Of a DNA stretch of 64,000 nucleotides, positions 9,354-19,542 are shown piece by piece. Numbering within the stretch: the first letter of the stretch is position 1; every line of letters begins with the position of its first letter. Origin of the DNA: an uncultured Prevotella sp. (GTDB lineage: Bacteria > Bacteroidota > Bacteroidia > Bacteroidales > Bacteroidaceae). The stretch is from contig CAMJGE010000003.1 of NCBI GenBank assembly GCA_946405145.1, positions 63,404 to 127,403 of the forward strand, written 5' to 3'. A model generated the notes under the pieces. That model was not told the DNA's origin and made no database searches. It saw nothing but the letters and a program-made list of their open reading frames with translations. The position numbers and the translations under genes are program-made.

Positions 9354-10859
9354 TTAGATCAACTTAAGTGTTCCCATCAGATAGACAAGGCCGAAACCAA
9401 GTATCATAGAGATAACACCCATGAGGATACCCATTTTTGACATATCCTTCTGTTGTACATAACCTGTTGCGAATGCCAGTGCGTTCGGTGGGGTAGAGAT
9501 AGGCAGGATCATGGCTGATGATGCAGCGATGGCTACACCGATGAGAACGGTAGGTGTACCACCGATAGGATCAAGCTTATCCCCCATTGCACCGCAGACG
9601 ATAGCCAGAATCGGCATCAGCAGCGCTGCTGTAGCAGAGTTCGAGATGAAGTTAGACAACAGGTAACAGATGAAACCACCCATGAGCAGGATAAGCAGTG
9701 GAGAGAACTCTCCGAAAGGAATGCTCTCAACAGCATTCGCTGCCAAGCCAGAAGCGTTCAGACCATAGCCAAGAGCAAAACCACCAGCCACCATCCAGAT
9801 GACACTCCAGTTGATCTGCTCCAGGTCGCGCTTATTGATGACACCTGTTAAAGCGAATACCATGAAAGGCACCATTGCCACCGTATAAGAGTTGATGCCA
9901 GTAACACGATCGAGCAGCCAGAGAGCTACTGTAATAAAGAACGTGATAATCACCACCCAAGAGTGGAATCCTTTCTTCATGCCACCGTCAATGTTTAATT
10001 CGATGCGCTTCTGAGTAAAGGGGAAAGCCTTCAACAGGATACGCCAGCTGATAAACAGCAACAACAGCACCAGAGGGAACATGAACATCATCCACTGACC
10101 GAAACCCAGACCGAGGTTCAATCCTTCTGGATCATTCAGATACTTCAGAGCGATGGTGTTAGGAGGCGTACCAATAGGCGTACCCATACCACCGAGGTTG
10201 GCAGCTACGGGAATAGACATGGCTAACGAGATACGACCTTTACCCTCAGGGGGCAGTTGGTGGAACACCGGTGTGAGGAACGTCAGCATCATAGCTGCTG
10301 TAGCAGTGTTGGATACAAACATTGAGAAGAGGCCCGTGATAAGCAGAAAACCCAAGAGTACCATCTCACTGCGTGTACCGAAGGGCTTCAGCAATACCTT
10401 AGCCAACTGAGCATCGAGGCCTGTCTTTGTAGCAGCAATAGCTAATACAAAACCACCAATGAACAGCATGATTACAGGATCTGCAAATGTAGCCATTACA
10501 CCTTTGTAGGAAAGTAGTTTTCCCACTTCCTCTTCGTTCACCATTGGTAGAATTCCACTGTCTGTACAGAACAAGAGCATCAGCACAATGATAGCCACAG
10601 AAGTAGCCCATGATGAAACGATTTCGAGAATCCACATCAGCGTAGCAAAAGCGAAGATGGCAATGATGCGCTGCTGGATAACGGTCAGATTCTGGATGCC
10701 ATACCACTCGGCAGGCATGTTCCAGAGCAGAAGAGTAACGATAGCCACAAGGGCGATTTTGATAGCACGTTTGGTGCTATCTTCCGGATGATATTTCCGC
10801 TGATGGCGCATTTTGTGATACGCATCAACGAGATGGAATCCTTCGTAAATGTGAAACAT
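9354..10859 (-). CDS. SLC13/DASS family di/tricarboxylate or sulfate:Na+ symporter
   Basis: Multi-TM; SMFVSNTAT, TPIGTPPN, SNFISNSAT and PISTPPNA motifs. Confidence 0.9.
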   Translation of the reverse strand: MFHIYEGFHLVDAYHKMRHQRKYHPEDSTKRAIKIALVAIVTLLLWNMPAEWYGIQNLTVIQQRIIAIFAFATLMWILEIVSSWATSVAIIVLMLLFCTDSGILPMVNEEEVGKLLSYKGVMATFADPVIMLFIGGFVLAIAATKTGLDAQLAKVLLKPFGTRSEMVLLGFLLITGLFSMFVSNTATAAMMLTFLTPVFHQLPPEGKGRISLAMSIPVAANLGGMGTPIGTPPNTIALKYLNDPEGLNLGLGFGQWMMFMFPLVLLLLFISWRILLKAFPFTQKRIELNIDGGMKKGFHSWVVIITFFITVALWLLDRVTGINSYTVAMVPFMVFALTGVINKRDLEQINWSVIWMVAGGFALGYGLNASGLAANAVESIPFGEFSPLLILLMGGFICYLLSNFISNSATAALLMPILAIVCGAMGDKLDPIGGTPTVLIGVAIAASSAMILPISTPPNALAFATGYVQQKDMSKMGILMGVISMILGFGLVYLMGTLKLI

Positions 10860-11065
10860 ATTATTTTTAGATTTTGTTGAGCCTATAGCAAAACTGCGTG
10901 CAAAGTTACAAAGTTTTTCTGATATCTTGTTTGGTTACGAAGAATATTTGGTGTATAAAATACGTATAAAATCCAAAATATCTTCCCTGTGTCATCTGAT
11001 AGTCAACGATTGTTATGTGGACTTTGCAAAGTTAAGTGTAAATGCTTTACGTGATATAATTAAAA

Positions 11066-11097
11066 ATGAGGGTGTGTCTTTATTGGCACGCCCTCAT
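11066..11097 (-). terminator. Intrinsic terminator after korB
   Basis: atgagggtgtgtc-tttatt-ggcacgccctcat with A-run on the left (U-tract on minus strand). Confidence 0.7.
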
Positions 11098-11120
11098 CCA
11101 TATGGAGTAACTATGAAGGT

Positions 11121-12125
11121 TTATTTCACTTCCCAGATATCGTTGGTCTCAAGGAGTTCAGAGAAATTGTGGTACTTCTTCTGAGCTGATACCTCAGCCA
11201 ACTGAGCGTGAACGGCTTCATTGTAAGTTGGAGCCTCTACGTCGCGAATCACACCGAGAGCAATGGGGAATCCGTCGTTGTTACCCATCAGGGCAAGCTT
11301 CAGCTGCAGTGTATTATCCTCGCAGTGGGCGTCGTGTACCAATACGTCGTCGATGGTGTAACCGTCCTTGCCAATCTCAACAACCTTCAGACCGAAACCC
11401 TGCTGTACGAGTCCGAACTCATTGTTCTCACCAAACACGAGCTTCTCACCGTGCTTCACGTAGATGGCATTCTTCTTACGACCTTCATTGTTGTAAACCA
11501 CATCGTGGCAGTGATCGTTGAAGATAACACAGTTCTGCAGGACCTCAGTCACGCTGGCGCCTTTGTGCTCATGGGCAGCCTTCAGAACCTCTACAGTACC
11601 CTTGGCATCGGTAGCCACGCAACGGGCGAAGAAGTGTCCGCGGGCACCAAAGCAGAGTTCTGCAGGGCGGAATGGATCTTCCACAGTTCCGTAGGGGCTT
11701 GACTTAGAAACAAAGCCGCGGGGTGAGGTGGGTGAATACTGACCCTTTGTCAGACCGTAGATACGGTTGTTGAGCAGGATCATGTTCAGGTCGATGTTAC
11801 GGCGATTGGCGTGAATGAAGTGGTTACCACCAATAGCCAATCCGTCACCATCGCCTGATACCTGCCATACGGTGAGGTTGGGGTTAGCCACTTTGGCACC
11901 AGTAGCGATAGCAGCGGCACGTCCGTGAATAGTGTTCATACCATAGGTAGCCATATAGTGTGGCAGTCGGCTTGAACAGCCAATACCAGAGATGACTGCA
12001 ACGTTCTCGGGAGCTACGCCAATTTCTGCCATAGCTTTATGGAGTGAAGCCAGGAAGAAGTGGTCACCACAACCGGGGCACCAACGAGGCTGGCCTTTCT
12101 TGAAATCTTGTGCTGTATATTCCAT
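11121..12125 (-). CDS. korB: 2-oxoacid:ferredoxin oxidoreductase beta subunit
   Basis: WCPGCG, SGIGCSSR, GDGD..IGGNH TPP motif, NNRIYGLTKGQYSPT. Confidence 0.92.
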   Translation of the reverse strand: MEYTAQDFKKGQPRWCPGCGDHFFLASLHKAMAEIGVAPENVAVISGIGCSSRLPHYMATYGMNTIHGRAAAIATGAKVANPNLTVWQVSGDGDGLAIGGNHFIHANRRNIDLNMILLNNRIYGLTKGQYSPTSPRGFVSKSSPYGTVEDPFRPAELCFGARGHFFARCVATDAKGTVEVLKAAHEHKGASVTEVLQNCVIFNDHCHDVVYNNEGRKKNAIYVKHGEKLVFGENNEFGLVQQGFGLKVVEIGKDGYTIDDVLVHDAHCEDNTLQLKLALMGNNDGFPIALGVIRDVEAPTYNEAVHAQLAEVSAQKKYHNFSELLETNDIWEVK

Positions 12126-12132
12126 ATCTACT

Positions 12133-13977
12133 TTACTTCTTTAAAATGTCCTCAAATGCGTTCACTAACTCCTCTACGACGAAAGGCTGACCCTTTACCT
12201 GATTGAACTGGAACGGTACGAAGTTATCAACTTTCATGCGCAGATAACCAGCGAGCTGACCCATATTCTGCTCAGCTACTACCACCTTCTTATATTTAGA
12301 AAGGACTGCGGAAGTGTTCTTGGGCAGCGGATTCAGGTACTTGAAGTGGGTCTGAGCCACCTTGTAGCCCTTAGCGCGGAGCTCATCCATGGCAGAGCGG
12401 AGGTGACCGTAGGTAGAACCGAAGCCCACAATCAGCAGATCGGCATTCTCATCGCCATCCACCTCAAGGTCGGGCACCTGAATATTAGCAATCTTCTGCT
12501 GACGCAGACGCGTCATCAGGTCGTGGTTCTCAGGATTCGTTGAGATAGCACCGGTATTAGAATCTTTCTCTAGTCCGCCGAGGATATGAGCAAAGCCCTC
12601 ACGACCAGGAACTGCCCAATAGCGAGTACCATTCTCTGCACGCATATAAGGTGTCCACTTACCCTTCAGCTCCTCTGGAACATATGGTGGGTTGATGGGA
12701 TCGAGCTTAGCCATCTCAGGCAGTTTGAATGCACCAGAACCGTTGGCTACGAAGGCATCGGTAAGCAGCACAACAGGTGTCATGTGCTCCAAGGCAATCT
12801 TACAAGCCTGGTAAGCAGCATCGAAACAGTCGGTAGGACTGGTGGCAGCCATGACAGGCATGGGGCTTTCACCATTACGTCCGAACAGTGCCTGCAGGAG
12901 ATCGGTTTGTTCCGATTTGGTTGGAAGACCAGTTGCAGGACCACCACGCTGTACATCGAGTACCACTAAAGGCAACTCCATAATCACAGCCAGGTTCATA
13001 GCTTCAGACTTCAGACAGATACCAGGACCAGAGGTAGAGGTAATACCTAAGGCACCAGCGAACGAAGCACCGAGGGCAGAAGCACAGCCGCTGATCTCAT
13101 CCTCGCACTGAACAGTGATGACACCGCAAGACTTGTGCTTAGACAGCTCGTGAAGCACGTCGGTAGCAGGTGTGATAGGATAGGAGCCCAGGTAAAGACG
13201 CAGACCTGCTTTCTCAGCAGCTGCGATGAAGCCATAAGCCGTAGCCTTGTTACCTGTAATATCCATATAGCGTCCAGGCACTTTCTCCTTCGATTCTACG
13301 CGATATACATTAATCGTCGAAGAGTGTGTGTTGTGTCCGTAGTCATAACCAGCCTGAATCACCTTGATGTTAGCCTCAGCAATGGCGGGCTTCTTGGCGA
13401 ACTTCTCCTTCAGGAAGTTGCTTACGAGATTCAGGTCACGATCGAAGAGCCAGCAAACCAGTCCGAGGGCGAACATGTTACGGCACTTCAGCATGGCCTT
13501 GTTGTCCATACCTGTATCAGCCAGACAGTCCTTCACCATCGTGGTAAGAGGGCACTGGATGACGCGATCGGGATCGATATTCATCTCACCAAGGTAATCC
13601 TCAGTCTGGAACTGAGCTTTTTCCAGATCCTTGGGACCGAATGAGTCGGTATCGATGATGATTGTAGCACCCGGCTTGGCATAGCGATACTGAGTCTTAA
13701 GCGCAGCTGCGTTCATGGCTACCAACACGTCGCATTTGTCACCAGGGGTATAAACCTTACCTGCACCGATGTGAACCTGGAAACCAGATACACCAGTGAG
13801 CGAACCTTGCGGGGCACGGATATCTGCGGGATAATCGGGGAATGTTGAGATGCCGTTACCAACGGTGGCACTTACCGTAGAGAAGATGTTGCCGGCAAGC
13901 TGCATACCGTCACCGGAGTCACCTGAGAAGCGTACGACCACCTGGTCAAGCTCCTTCACTTCTAATTTTTCAGCCAT
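12133..13977 (-). CDS. korA: 2-oxoacid:ferredoxin oxidoreductase alpha subunit (gamma-alpha fusion)
   Basis: GDSGDGMQ, SYPITPAT, EDEI, TSGPG and QRGGPATGLPTK motifs. Confidence 0.92.
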   Translation of the reverse strand: MAEKLEVKELDQVVVRFSGDSGDGMQLAGNIFSTVSATVGNGISTFPDYPADIRAPQGSLTGVSGFQVHIGAGKVYTPGDKCDVLVAMNAAALKTQYRYAKPGATIIIDTDSFGPKDLEKAQFQTEDYLGEMNIDPDRVIQCPLTTMVKDCLADTGMDNKAMLKCRNMFALGLVCWLFDRDLNLVSNFLKEKFAKKPAIAEANIKVIQAGYDYGHNTHSSTINVYRVESKEKVPGRYMDITGNKATAYGFIAAAEKAGLRLYLGSYPITPATDVLHELSKHKSCGVITVQCEDEISGCASALGASFAGALGITSTSGPGICLKSEAMNLAVIMELPLVVLDVQRGGPATGLPTKSEQTDLLQALFGRNGESPMPVMAATSPTDCFDAAYQACKIALEHMTPVVLLTDAFVANGSGAFKLPEMAKLDPINPPYVPEELKGKWTPYMRAENGTRYWAVPGREGFAHILGGLEKDSNTGAISTNPENHDLMTRLRQQKIANIQVPDLEVDGDENADLLIVGFGSTYGHLRSAMDELRAKGYKVAQTHFKYLNPLPKNTSAVLSKYKKVVVAEQNMGQLAGYLRMKVDNFVPFQFNQVKGQPFVVEELVNAFEDILKK

Positions 13978-14072
13978 ATTCTTAATAATTAACTAATGTT
14001 CTTGCAGCGCATTCACAAAATGCGCTGCAAAATTATTCATTTTTAACCTAAACACCAAAAGAAATACTTAAA

Positions 14073-14122
14073 AAGTGCATATTTGCTTGTGAATTCTTGT
14101 AAATTCATGCAAATATGCACTT
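14073..14122 (-). terminator. Long hairpin after second nucleoside kinase
   Basis: aagtgcatatttgc...gcaaatatgcactt inverted repeat. Confidence 0.6.
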
Positions 14123-14155
14123 CTCTTGCAATTTTTATTCAGTATGCGATATTGA

Positions 14156-15853
14156 TTAGTATTCGAATGACGAACCACCCAGGAACTCGCGAAGAAGCGA
14201 GGTTGGAGGAATCTGTGTCTCTGGAATCGGTTTGATGTATTTCAGGAACTTCAACAGACGATATGCCTCAGCGTGCTCAGGGCAGTTTTCGGGTACTTGC
14301 TCCAACAGAGGTTCTGCCTGACTCTTGATGACAGCCAGTTCGAACAGCATTGCAGTGTTGAACATAGCGTCTGCATTCTCTTGATACGGGAAGATCCACT
14401 TATTCTCACCAGCGCGTACAGATGGCCAGCGACGAATGGTCTCCAAGGCTGATACCTTACGATACTTATGATCGCGGATGATGCGGCGCAGCAGACGATT
14501 ATCCGTCGTGGGAATATAATTGTGGTTATCGAGTAGGATGGTGGTCAGTGCAGATGCATAGATGCGGAATATCTGCTCTTGGGGAATCTGTGCTGTCAGT
14601 TCCGGGTTAAGGGCGTGGATGCCTTCAACCACCAGCACCTCATCGTCGTGCAGTTTCAGTCTCTTGCCACTCTTCACACTCTTACCCGTTGGGAAATCGT
14701 AGCGGGGCAACTCTACTTCCTCACCATTGAAGAGCGCATTCAACTGCTCGTTGAAGAGCGGGAGGTTCAGGGCGTGCAGATGCTCGAAGTCGTAATCGCC
14801 TTTCTCATCGATGGGTGTCTTCTCGCGATCCAGAAAATAGTCGTCGAGTGAGATGCCGATAGGCTTGATGCCATTCACAGCCAACTGTACACTCAGACGC
14901 TTGCAGGTTGTGGTCTTACCAGAAGACGACGGACCAGCGATCAATACCAGCCTCACCCCCTTGTTGTTTCCCAAACCAAGCGAAGAGGGTGGATTGACAC
15001 GTTGAGCTATCTCGTCGGCAATCTTGCCGATCTTCTTTTCTTGAAGCGCCTCACTGATCTGAATCAGTTTTGACGAGTGACCATTGAGGATGGCTTCATT
15101 CAGGTCGCCCACAGTGCGAAGCTTAAGGATATCCTGCCACTGGTGGTGCTCCTTGAAGATGCCGAACATCTTGTCCTGATGGGTCATCTCTCCGAGTTCA
15201 TCGGGATGTTCGCGCGAGGGAAGGCGCAGCAACAAACCATCGTAGTATTTCTCCAGTCCGAACAGATAGAGCTCAGAAGTGTTGGTGAGCAGTGCCCCAT
15301 AATAGTAATCCAGGTAACCATCAATATCATAATAGGTGGTGTAGAGACTGCCGATAGATTTCAGCAACTTTACCTTTGAGCGGTTATGCAGTTTGTCGAA
15401 CACTTCAATAGCCTCCTCAGTGGTGGTCTCATGGCGATGGATAGGCATAGCGGCATTGATGATTTCCTGCATCCGACGTCGAATGGCACCAGCATCTTCG
15501 ATGGTTACAGGACGCCCGATATTCAGATTGACATAATAGCCATTGGATACAGGAATGTCGATAGCTACCTTGCAGGGCGTGAACAGATCGTGAGCAGCCT
15601 TGCAGAGCACGAAGAAAAGGCTGCGTGTGTATGCGCGTGAGCCACTGGGGGAAGTGATATCGAGAAACTCCACATCTTTCGGAGTGTATATCCGGTAGTG
15701 CATACCTTCTACCTTATTATTTACGTGCGCGCTAAGCGGACCATATTTCATTTCCAGACCTGCCTTCTCGTAAATATCTTTAAGATTTGAGCCAACGGGT
15801 ATCTCAATGGTTTCCCCATTGTTCTTACAACGTACTTGAATCATCTTTTCCAT
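14156..15853 (-). CDS. Nucleoside (uridine) kinase with TGS/ThrRS-like domain, paralog of 7651..9321
   Basis: GPSSSGKTT, DDYF, EGIHALNP; C-terminus LREFLGGSSFEY vs MREFVGGSSFKY in the paralog. Confidence 0.85.
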   Translation of the reverse strand: MEKMIQVRCKNNGETIEIPVGSNLKDIYEKAGLEMKYGPLSAHVNNKVEGMHYRIYTPKDVEFLDITSPSGSRAYTRSLFFVLCKAAHDLFTPCKVAIDIPVSNGYYVNLNIGRPVTIEDAGAIRRRMQEIINAAMPIHRHETTTEEAIEVFDKLHNRSKVKLLKSIGSLYTTYYDIDGYLDYYYGALLTNTSELYLFGLEKYYDGLLLRLPSREHPDELGEMTHQDKMFGIFKEHHQWQDILKLRTVGDLNEAILNGHSSKLIQISEALQEKKIGKIADEIAQRVNPPSSLGLGNNKGVRLVLIAGPSSSGKTTTCKRLSVQLAVNGIKPIGISLDDYFLDREKTPIDEKGDYDFEHLHALNLPLFNEQLNALFNGEEVELPRYDFPTGKSVKSGKRLKLHDDEVLVVEGIHALNPELTAQIPQEQIFRIYASALTTILLDNHNYIPTTDNRLLRRIIRDHKYRKVSALETIRRWPSVRAGENKWIFPYQENADAMFNTAMLFELAVIKSQAEPLLEQVPENCPEHAEAYRLLKFLKYIKPIPETQIPPTSLLREFLGGSSFEY

Positions 15854-15977
15854 ATTATTCCTTCATTAGTTTTAGGTGATTTTTCTGCAAAGATAATAAA
15901 TTTCTTCATTCTTCATTCTTAATTTTATTTTTTTTTGTATCTTTGTGCCCGAAATTCAATAATTAAAGCAAATCTTT

Positions 15978-17714
15978 ATGTCGATTTGGATTATTTTTAA
16001 GCTTCTTGGCTCACTCGCCCTTTTGATGTTTGGTATGAAGTCGATGAGTGAAGCCTTGCAGAAGATGGCGGGTCCGCAGTTGCGACACGTCCTTGGTGCA
16101 ATGACTACCAATCGCTTTACTGGAATGTTGACAGGTATGTTGGTGACAGCATCTGTCCAGTCTTCAACGGCAACGACGGTGATGACAGTCTCGTTTGTGA
16201 ATGCTGGTCTCTTGACGTTGGCGCAGGCTATCTCTGTCATCATGGGTGCCAATATCGGTACGACGCTGACAGCGTGGATCATGTCAGCAGGTATGTCATT
16301 CGATATCACGAGTGCCGTCTATCCGGCTTTCTTCATGGGTATCATCCTGATCTATCTGAAGAAATACCGTTATATCGGCGACTTTCTGTTTGGTCTGTCA
16401 TTCCTGCTTCTGGGTTTGGGAACACTTCGTATGACGGGTACAGAGATGCATCTGGGTGAGAATCAGGCCTTGCTTGATTTCTTTGCCTCTTTTGATCCAG
16501 ACTCGTTTATTACCACCTTGATATTCCTTTTCCTGGGAGGTGTGATGACCTTCTGCGTACAGTCATCCGCAGCAGTGATGGCTATCACGATGATTCTCTG
16601 TTCGAGTGGCGCACTGCCTATCTATCAGGGTATCGCTTTGGTGATGGGTGAGAATATCGGAACTACCGTTACCTCAAACCTTGCTGCGATGTCGGCAAAC
16701 ACGCAGGCCCGCAGAGCTGCTTTGGCCCACATGTTCTTCAATGTGTTTGGTGTCATCTGGATCCTGTTTGTGTTCCGCCCGTTCATTGATATGGTATGCG
16801 GATGGGTAGGCTTCGACGTAACGATGGAGAAAGAGGCTGTTGAGACTAGTGTGTTCCTGGCTAATTCGGCAAAGCTGAGCTTCGTGCTTGCTGCCTTCCA
16901 CACAACCTTCAATGTGGCTAATACGCTGATCCTGATCTGGTTTATCCCCCAGATAGAGCGCTTTGTATGCTGGGTTATCAAACCTAAGAAGGTGGATGAG
17001 GAAGAAGACTTCCGTTTGCATTTCATTACAGCTGGCTTCATGAAGACCCCAGAGCTCTCAGTGCTGGAGGCTCAGAAGGAGATACAGTCGTTCTCAGAAC
17101 GTATGCAGCGTATGTTTGATATGGTGCGTGAACTGCTGACACTCTCAAGCAGTGCGTCAAATAAGAAAGACAATAAGGCTGGAGATTTCAACAAGCTCTA
17201 CACACGAATCGAGAAGTATGAGGGTATCAGCGATAACATGGAACTGGAGATTGCCAACTATCTGAACTCAGTGAGTGATGCCCACCTCTCAGATGACACT
17301 AAGGCCAAGATCCGCGCCATGCTTCGTGAGATCTCCGAACTGGAGTCGATTGGTGATGCCTGCTATAATATGGCTCGTACTATCTCGCGTAAGTATAACG
17401 GCAAGGAGGACCACTTCATCGAGAAGCAGTATGACCATATCCATCAGATGATGGAACTCACGGATCAGTCGCTCTCACAGATGAATCGTCTGATGAAGGG
17501 ACGCAAGGAGTCGTTTGACATCAACCGCTCATTTAATATTGAGCACGAAATCAACAATTACCGCAATCAGCTGAAGTCGCAGAACATCACTGATGTGAAC
17601 AACCATGAATATACCTACGCCGTAGGTACCATCTACATGGACCTCATCAACGAGTGCGAGAAGCTGGGCGACTATGTGGTGAATGTCATCGAAGCCCGCA
17701 TGGGATTGCGATAA
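15978..17714 (+). CDS. Na+/Pi cotransporter with PhoU domains
   Basis: Two QSS repeats with GANIGTT/GENIGTT; C-terminal ELESIGD and ECEKLGD PhoU-like helices. Confidence 0.92.
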   Translation: MSIWIIFKLLGSLALLMFGMKSMSEALQKMAGPQLRHVLGAMTTNRFTGMLTGMLVTASVQSSTATTVMTVSFVNAGLLTLAQAISVIMGANIGTTLTAWIMSAGMSFDITSAVYPAFFMGIILIYLKKYRYIGDFLFGLSFLLLGLGTLRMTGTEMHLGENQALLDFFASFDPDSFITTLIFLFLGGVMTFCVQSSAAVMAITMILCSSGALPIYQGIALVMGENIGTTVTSNLAAMSANTQARRAALAHMFFNVFGVIWILFVFRPFIDMVCGWVGFDVTMEKEAVETSVFLANSAKLSFVLAAFHTTFNVANTLILIWFIPQIERFVCWVIKPKKVDEEEDFRLHFITAGFMKTPELSVLEAQKEIQSFSERMQRMFDMVRELLTLSSSASNKKDNKAGDFNKLYTRIEKYEGISDNMELEIANYLNSVSDAHLSDDTKAKIRAMLREISELESIGDACYNMARTISRKYNGKEDHFIEKQYDHIHQMMELTDQSLSQMNRLMKGRKESFDINRSFNIEHEINNYRNQLKSQNITDVNNHEYTYAVGTIYMDLINECEKLGDYVVNVIEARMGLR

Positions 17715-17743
17715 AGTCACATTGGTGACAATCATAATTAATC

Positions 17744-17780
17744 TGGCAGGGATAATTAAAATTCCCTGCCATTTTCTTTT
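17744..17780 (+). terminator. Intrinsic terminator
   Basis: tggcaggga-N10-tccctgcca followed by ttttctttt. Confidence 0.75.
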
Positions 17781-17889
17781 GATTTTCAAATCAAATACAT
17801 ACCTTTGCATAAATTTATTTGGATTTCTGTAGTTTTTTTCCTCCATCTTGTGACTTATTATCAAAAGATGATTTATCAAACAAGAAAAA

Positions 17890-18375
17890 ATGAATGATTT
17901 AGAACGTGAGTTTGAGGAAATGGTGAGAGCTTATCGCAGTACGATTTATACCGTCTGCTATATGTTCTCCCAAGACCAGGATGAGGTTGCCGACTTATTT
18001 CAAGAGGTTCTTATCAACCTGTGGAAGAGTATGCCAACATTTGAAGGGCGAAGCAATGTGCGCTCTTGGATCTATCGCGTCAGTCTGAATGTGTGTATCT
18101 CACTCGATCACAAGAAACGGAGAAACAGGACTGTTCCTCTAACGATGGACATCAATCCCTACGAAGAGACGGAAAGTAATCAGAACTCTCGACAGATGGA
18201 TATGCTTCGAAAACGTATTGCCAAACTTGGTCAATTCGATCGTGCCATTATTCTGCTATGGCTTGAGAACATCAGCTACGAAGAGATTGCTGCCATCATG
18301 GGCATTACAGTGAAGAACGTTTCAGTTCGTCTCTATCGTATCAAGGAGGAATTAAAAAGCATGTCAAACGAATAA
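17890..18375 (+). CDS. ECF RNA polymerase sigma-70 factor
   Basis: DLFQEVLINLW, SWIYRVSLN (region 2); SYEEIAAIMG..VSVRLYR (region 4). Confidence 0.93.
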   Translation: MNDLEREFEEMVRAYRSTIYTVCYMFSQDQDEVADLFQEVLINLWKSMPTFEGRSNVRSWIYRVSLNVCISLDHKKRRNRTVPLTMDINPYEETESNQNSRQMDMLRKRIAKLGQFDRAIILLWLENISYEEIAAIMGITVKNVSVRLYRIKEELKSMSNE

Positions 18376-18389
18376 AAACAACAGGAATT

Positions 18390-18998
18390 ATGGAAAATCA
18401 GAATAACAACTTACAGGAATTGGAGGAACTTCGCAGTCAGGTCGCAGAGTTTAAGAACCGAATGGAACAGCAGGAGATTGTCAGTTGTCGTCTGTTGAAA
18501 GAGGCGATGAAGGGCCATGTGTCTTGGATCAAGCAGATGAGTATTTGGGGTAGTGTAGGCGAACTGGTAATATTACCTTGGTTGGTTTACGCTTTAAGAA
18601 GTATCGTCGGCGTTTCATGGCTACCTATTATTGTCATAGTATTTGTGATTGTTGGCGAGGCCGTTTTCAACTTTTGGAATGTCAGTTCCATCCGCGACAA
18701 GCATCTTGCAGTTGATGATGTGCTCAGTGTCCAGCAGCGATTGATAACCTTCAAGCGCAGGGAGAAGCTTTACACATTCGGCATACTTCCTTTCTTATTT
18801 CTCTGTGTAATATGGCTTCTATTTGACGTGTATTACGGTACCGATATCCCTTTTTTCCCCTCAAGTGACAGGAATCTTGTTTATTTCGTGGTGATTGTCA
18901 TCGTATCTGGCGTATTATCCTATCTCTTTTACCGTGAGATGCGCTCACTGAACAAAGCTATCAAGGATATAGACGAATTTGCCGGAAAGAACAACTAA
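18390..18998 (+). CDS. Four-TM membrane protein, probable anti-sigma partner
   Basis: Directly downstream of the ECF sigma; N-terminal coiled segment and four hydrophobic helices. Confidence 0.65.
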   Translation: MENQNNNLQELEELRSQVAEFKNRMEQQEIVSCRLLKEAMKGHVSWIKQMSIWGSVGELVILPWLVYALRSIVGVSWLPIIVIVFVIVGEAVFNFWNVSSIRDKHLAVDDVLSVQQRLITFKRREKLYTFGILPFLFLCVIWLLFDVYYGTDIPFFPSSDRNLVYFVVIVIVSGVLSYLFYREMRSLNKAIKDIDEFAGKNN

Positions 18999-19065
18999 CA
19001 ATAGAAGATCCAATGTGATGTAAAGGAATTGTGCCAAAATTTAACACTTCGGGATGATGTAATCT

Positions 19066-19270
19066 AGGAAAGGAGTAGGAGGGAGAAAGGGCGAGAAGTA
19101 AGCAAACTGGGTGTTCCCAGTAAGGGAACATGCCGTTAGGTTATGGAAAACTTACTGCATAGTTATAAAAAAATTGTTCCCCTTAATGGGAAAAAGTGCT
19201 AGATTTAAAGGTAAAAAGTGCCAGAATTAATAGTAAAAAGTAACCAAACGAGGTGTAAGAAGTTGCTTTT
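19066..19270. repeat. Intergenic mosaic of periodic and palindromic modules
   Basis: tgttccc..gggaaca palindrome at 19112; aaaaagt units at 19191/19213/19235/19257 (22-bp period); 19141-19165 matches reverse complement of 60731-60755 at 22/25. Confidence 0.7.
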
Positions 19271-19472
19271 CATGTCTATTTTTCGAAACTAAAAAAGAGG
19301 CGGTTTTATAAGTCTCAGAGTGTCAATAGTTTACAAAACGGGTCATAATTCGCGTATTTGAAGCCCAAGTTTGGATTGGTGAATTTCGCGCGATTCTCAG
19401 GTGTCGGTTTGTAAAGTTTGTTTGCTTGCTTCTGAGCAGTGCTCGATTTGCACTACCTTTGAGCTGCGCTCG

Positions 19473-19542
19473 AAGGTACTCACGCTCGAAAATACAAAAA
19501 AATTGCGATTTATTTTGTATTTTACTCACTTATTCGTACCTT
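19473..19542. repeat. Promoter-associated hairpin mini-element, copy 1
   Basis: aaggtac-TCACGCTC-[aaaatacaaaa..ttttgtatttt]-TCACTTATTC-gtacctt; related copy at 50282-50340. Confidence 0.65.
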
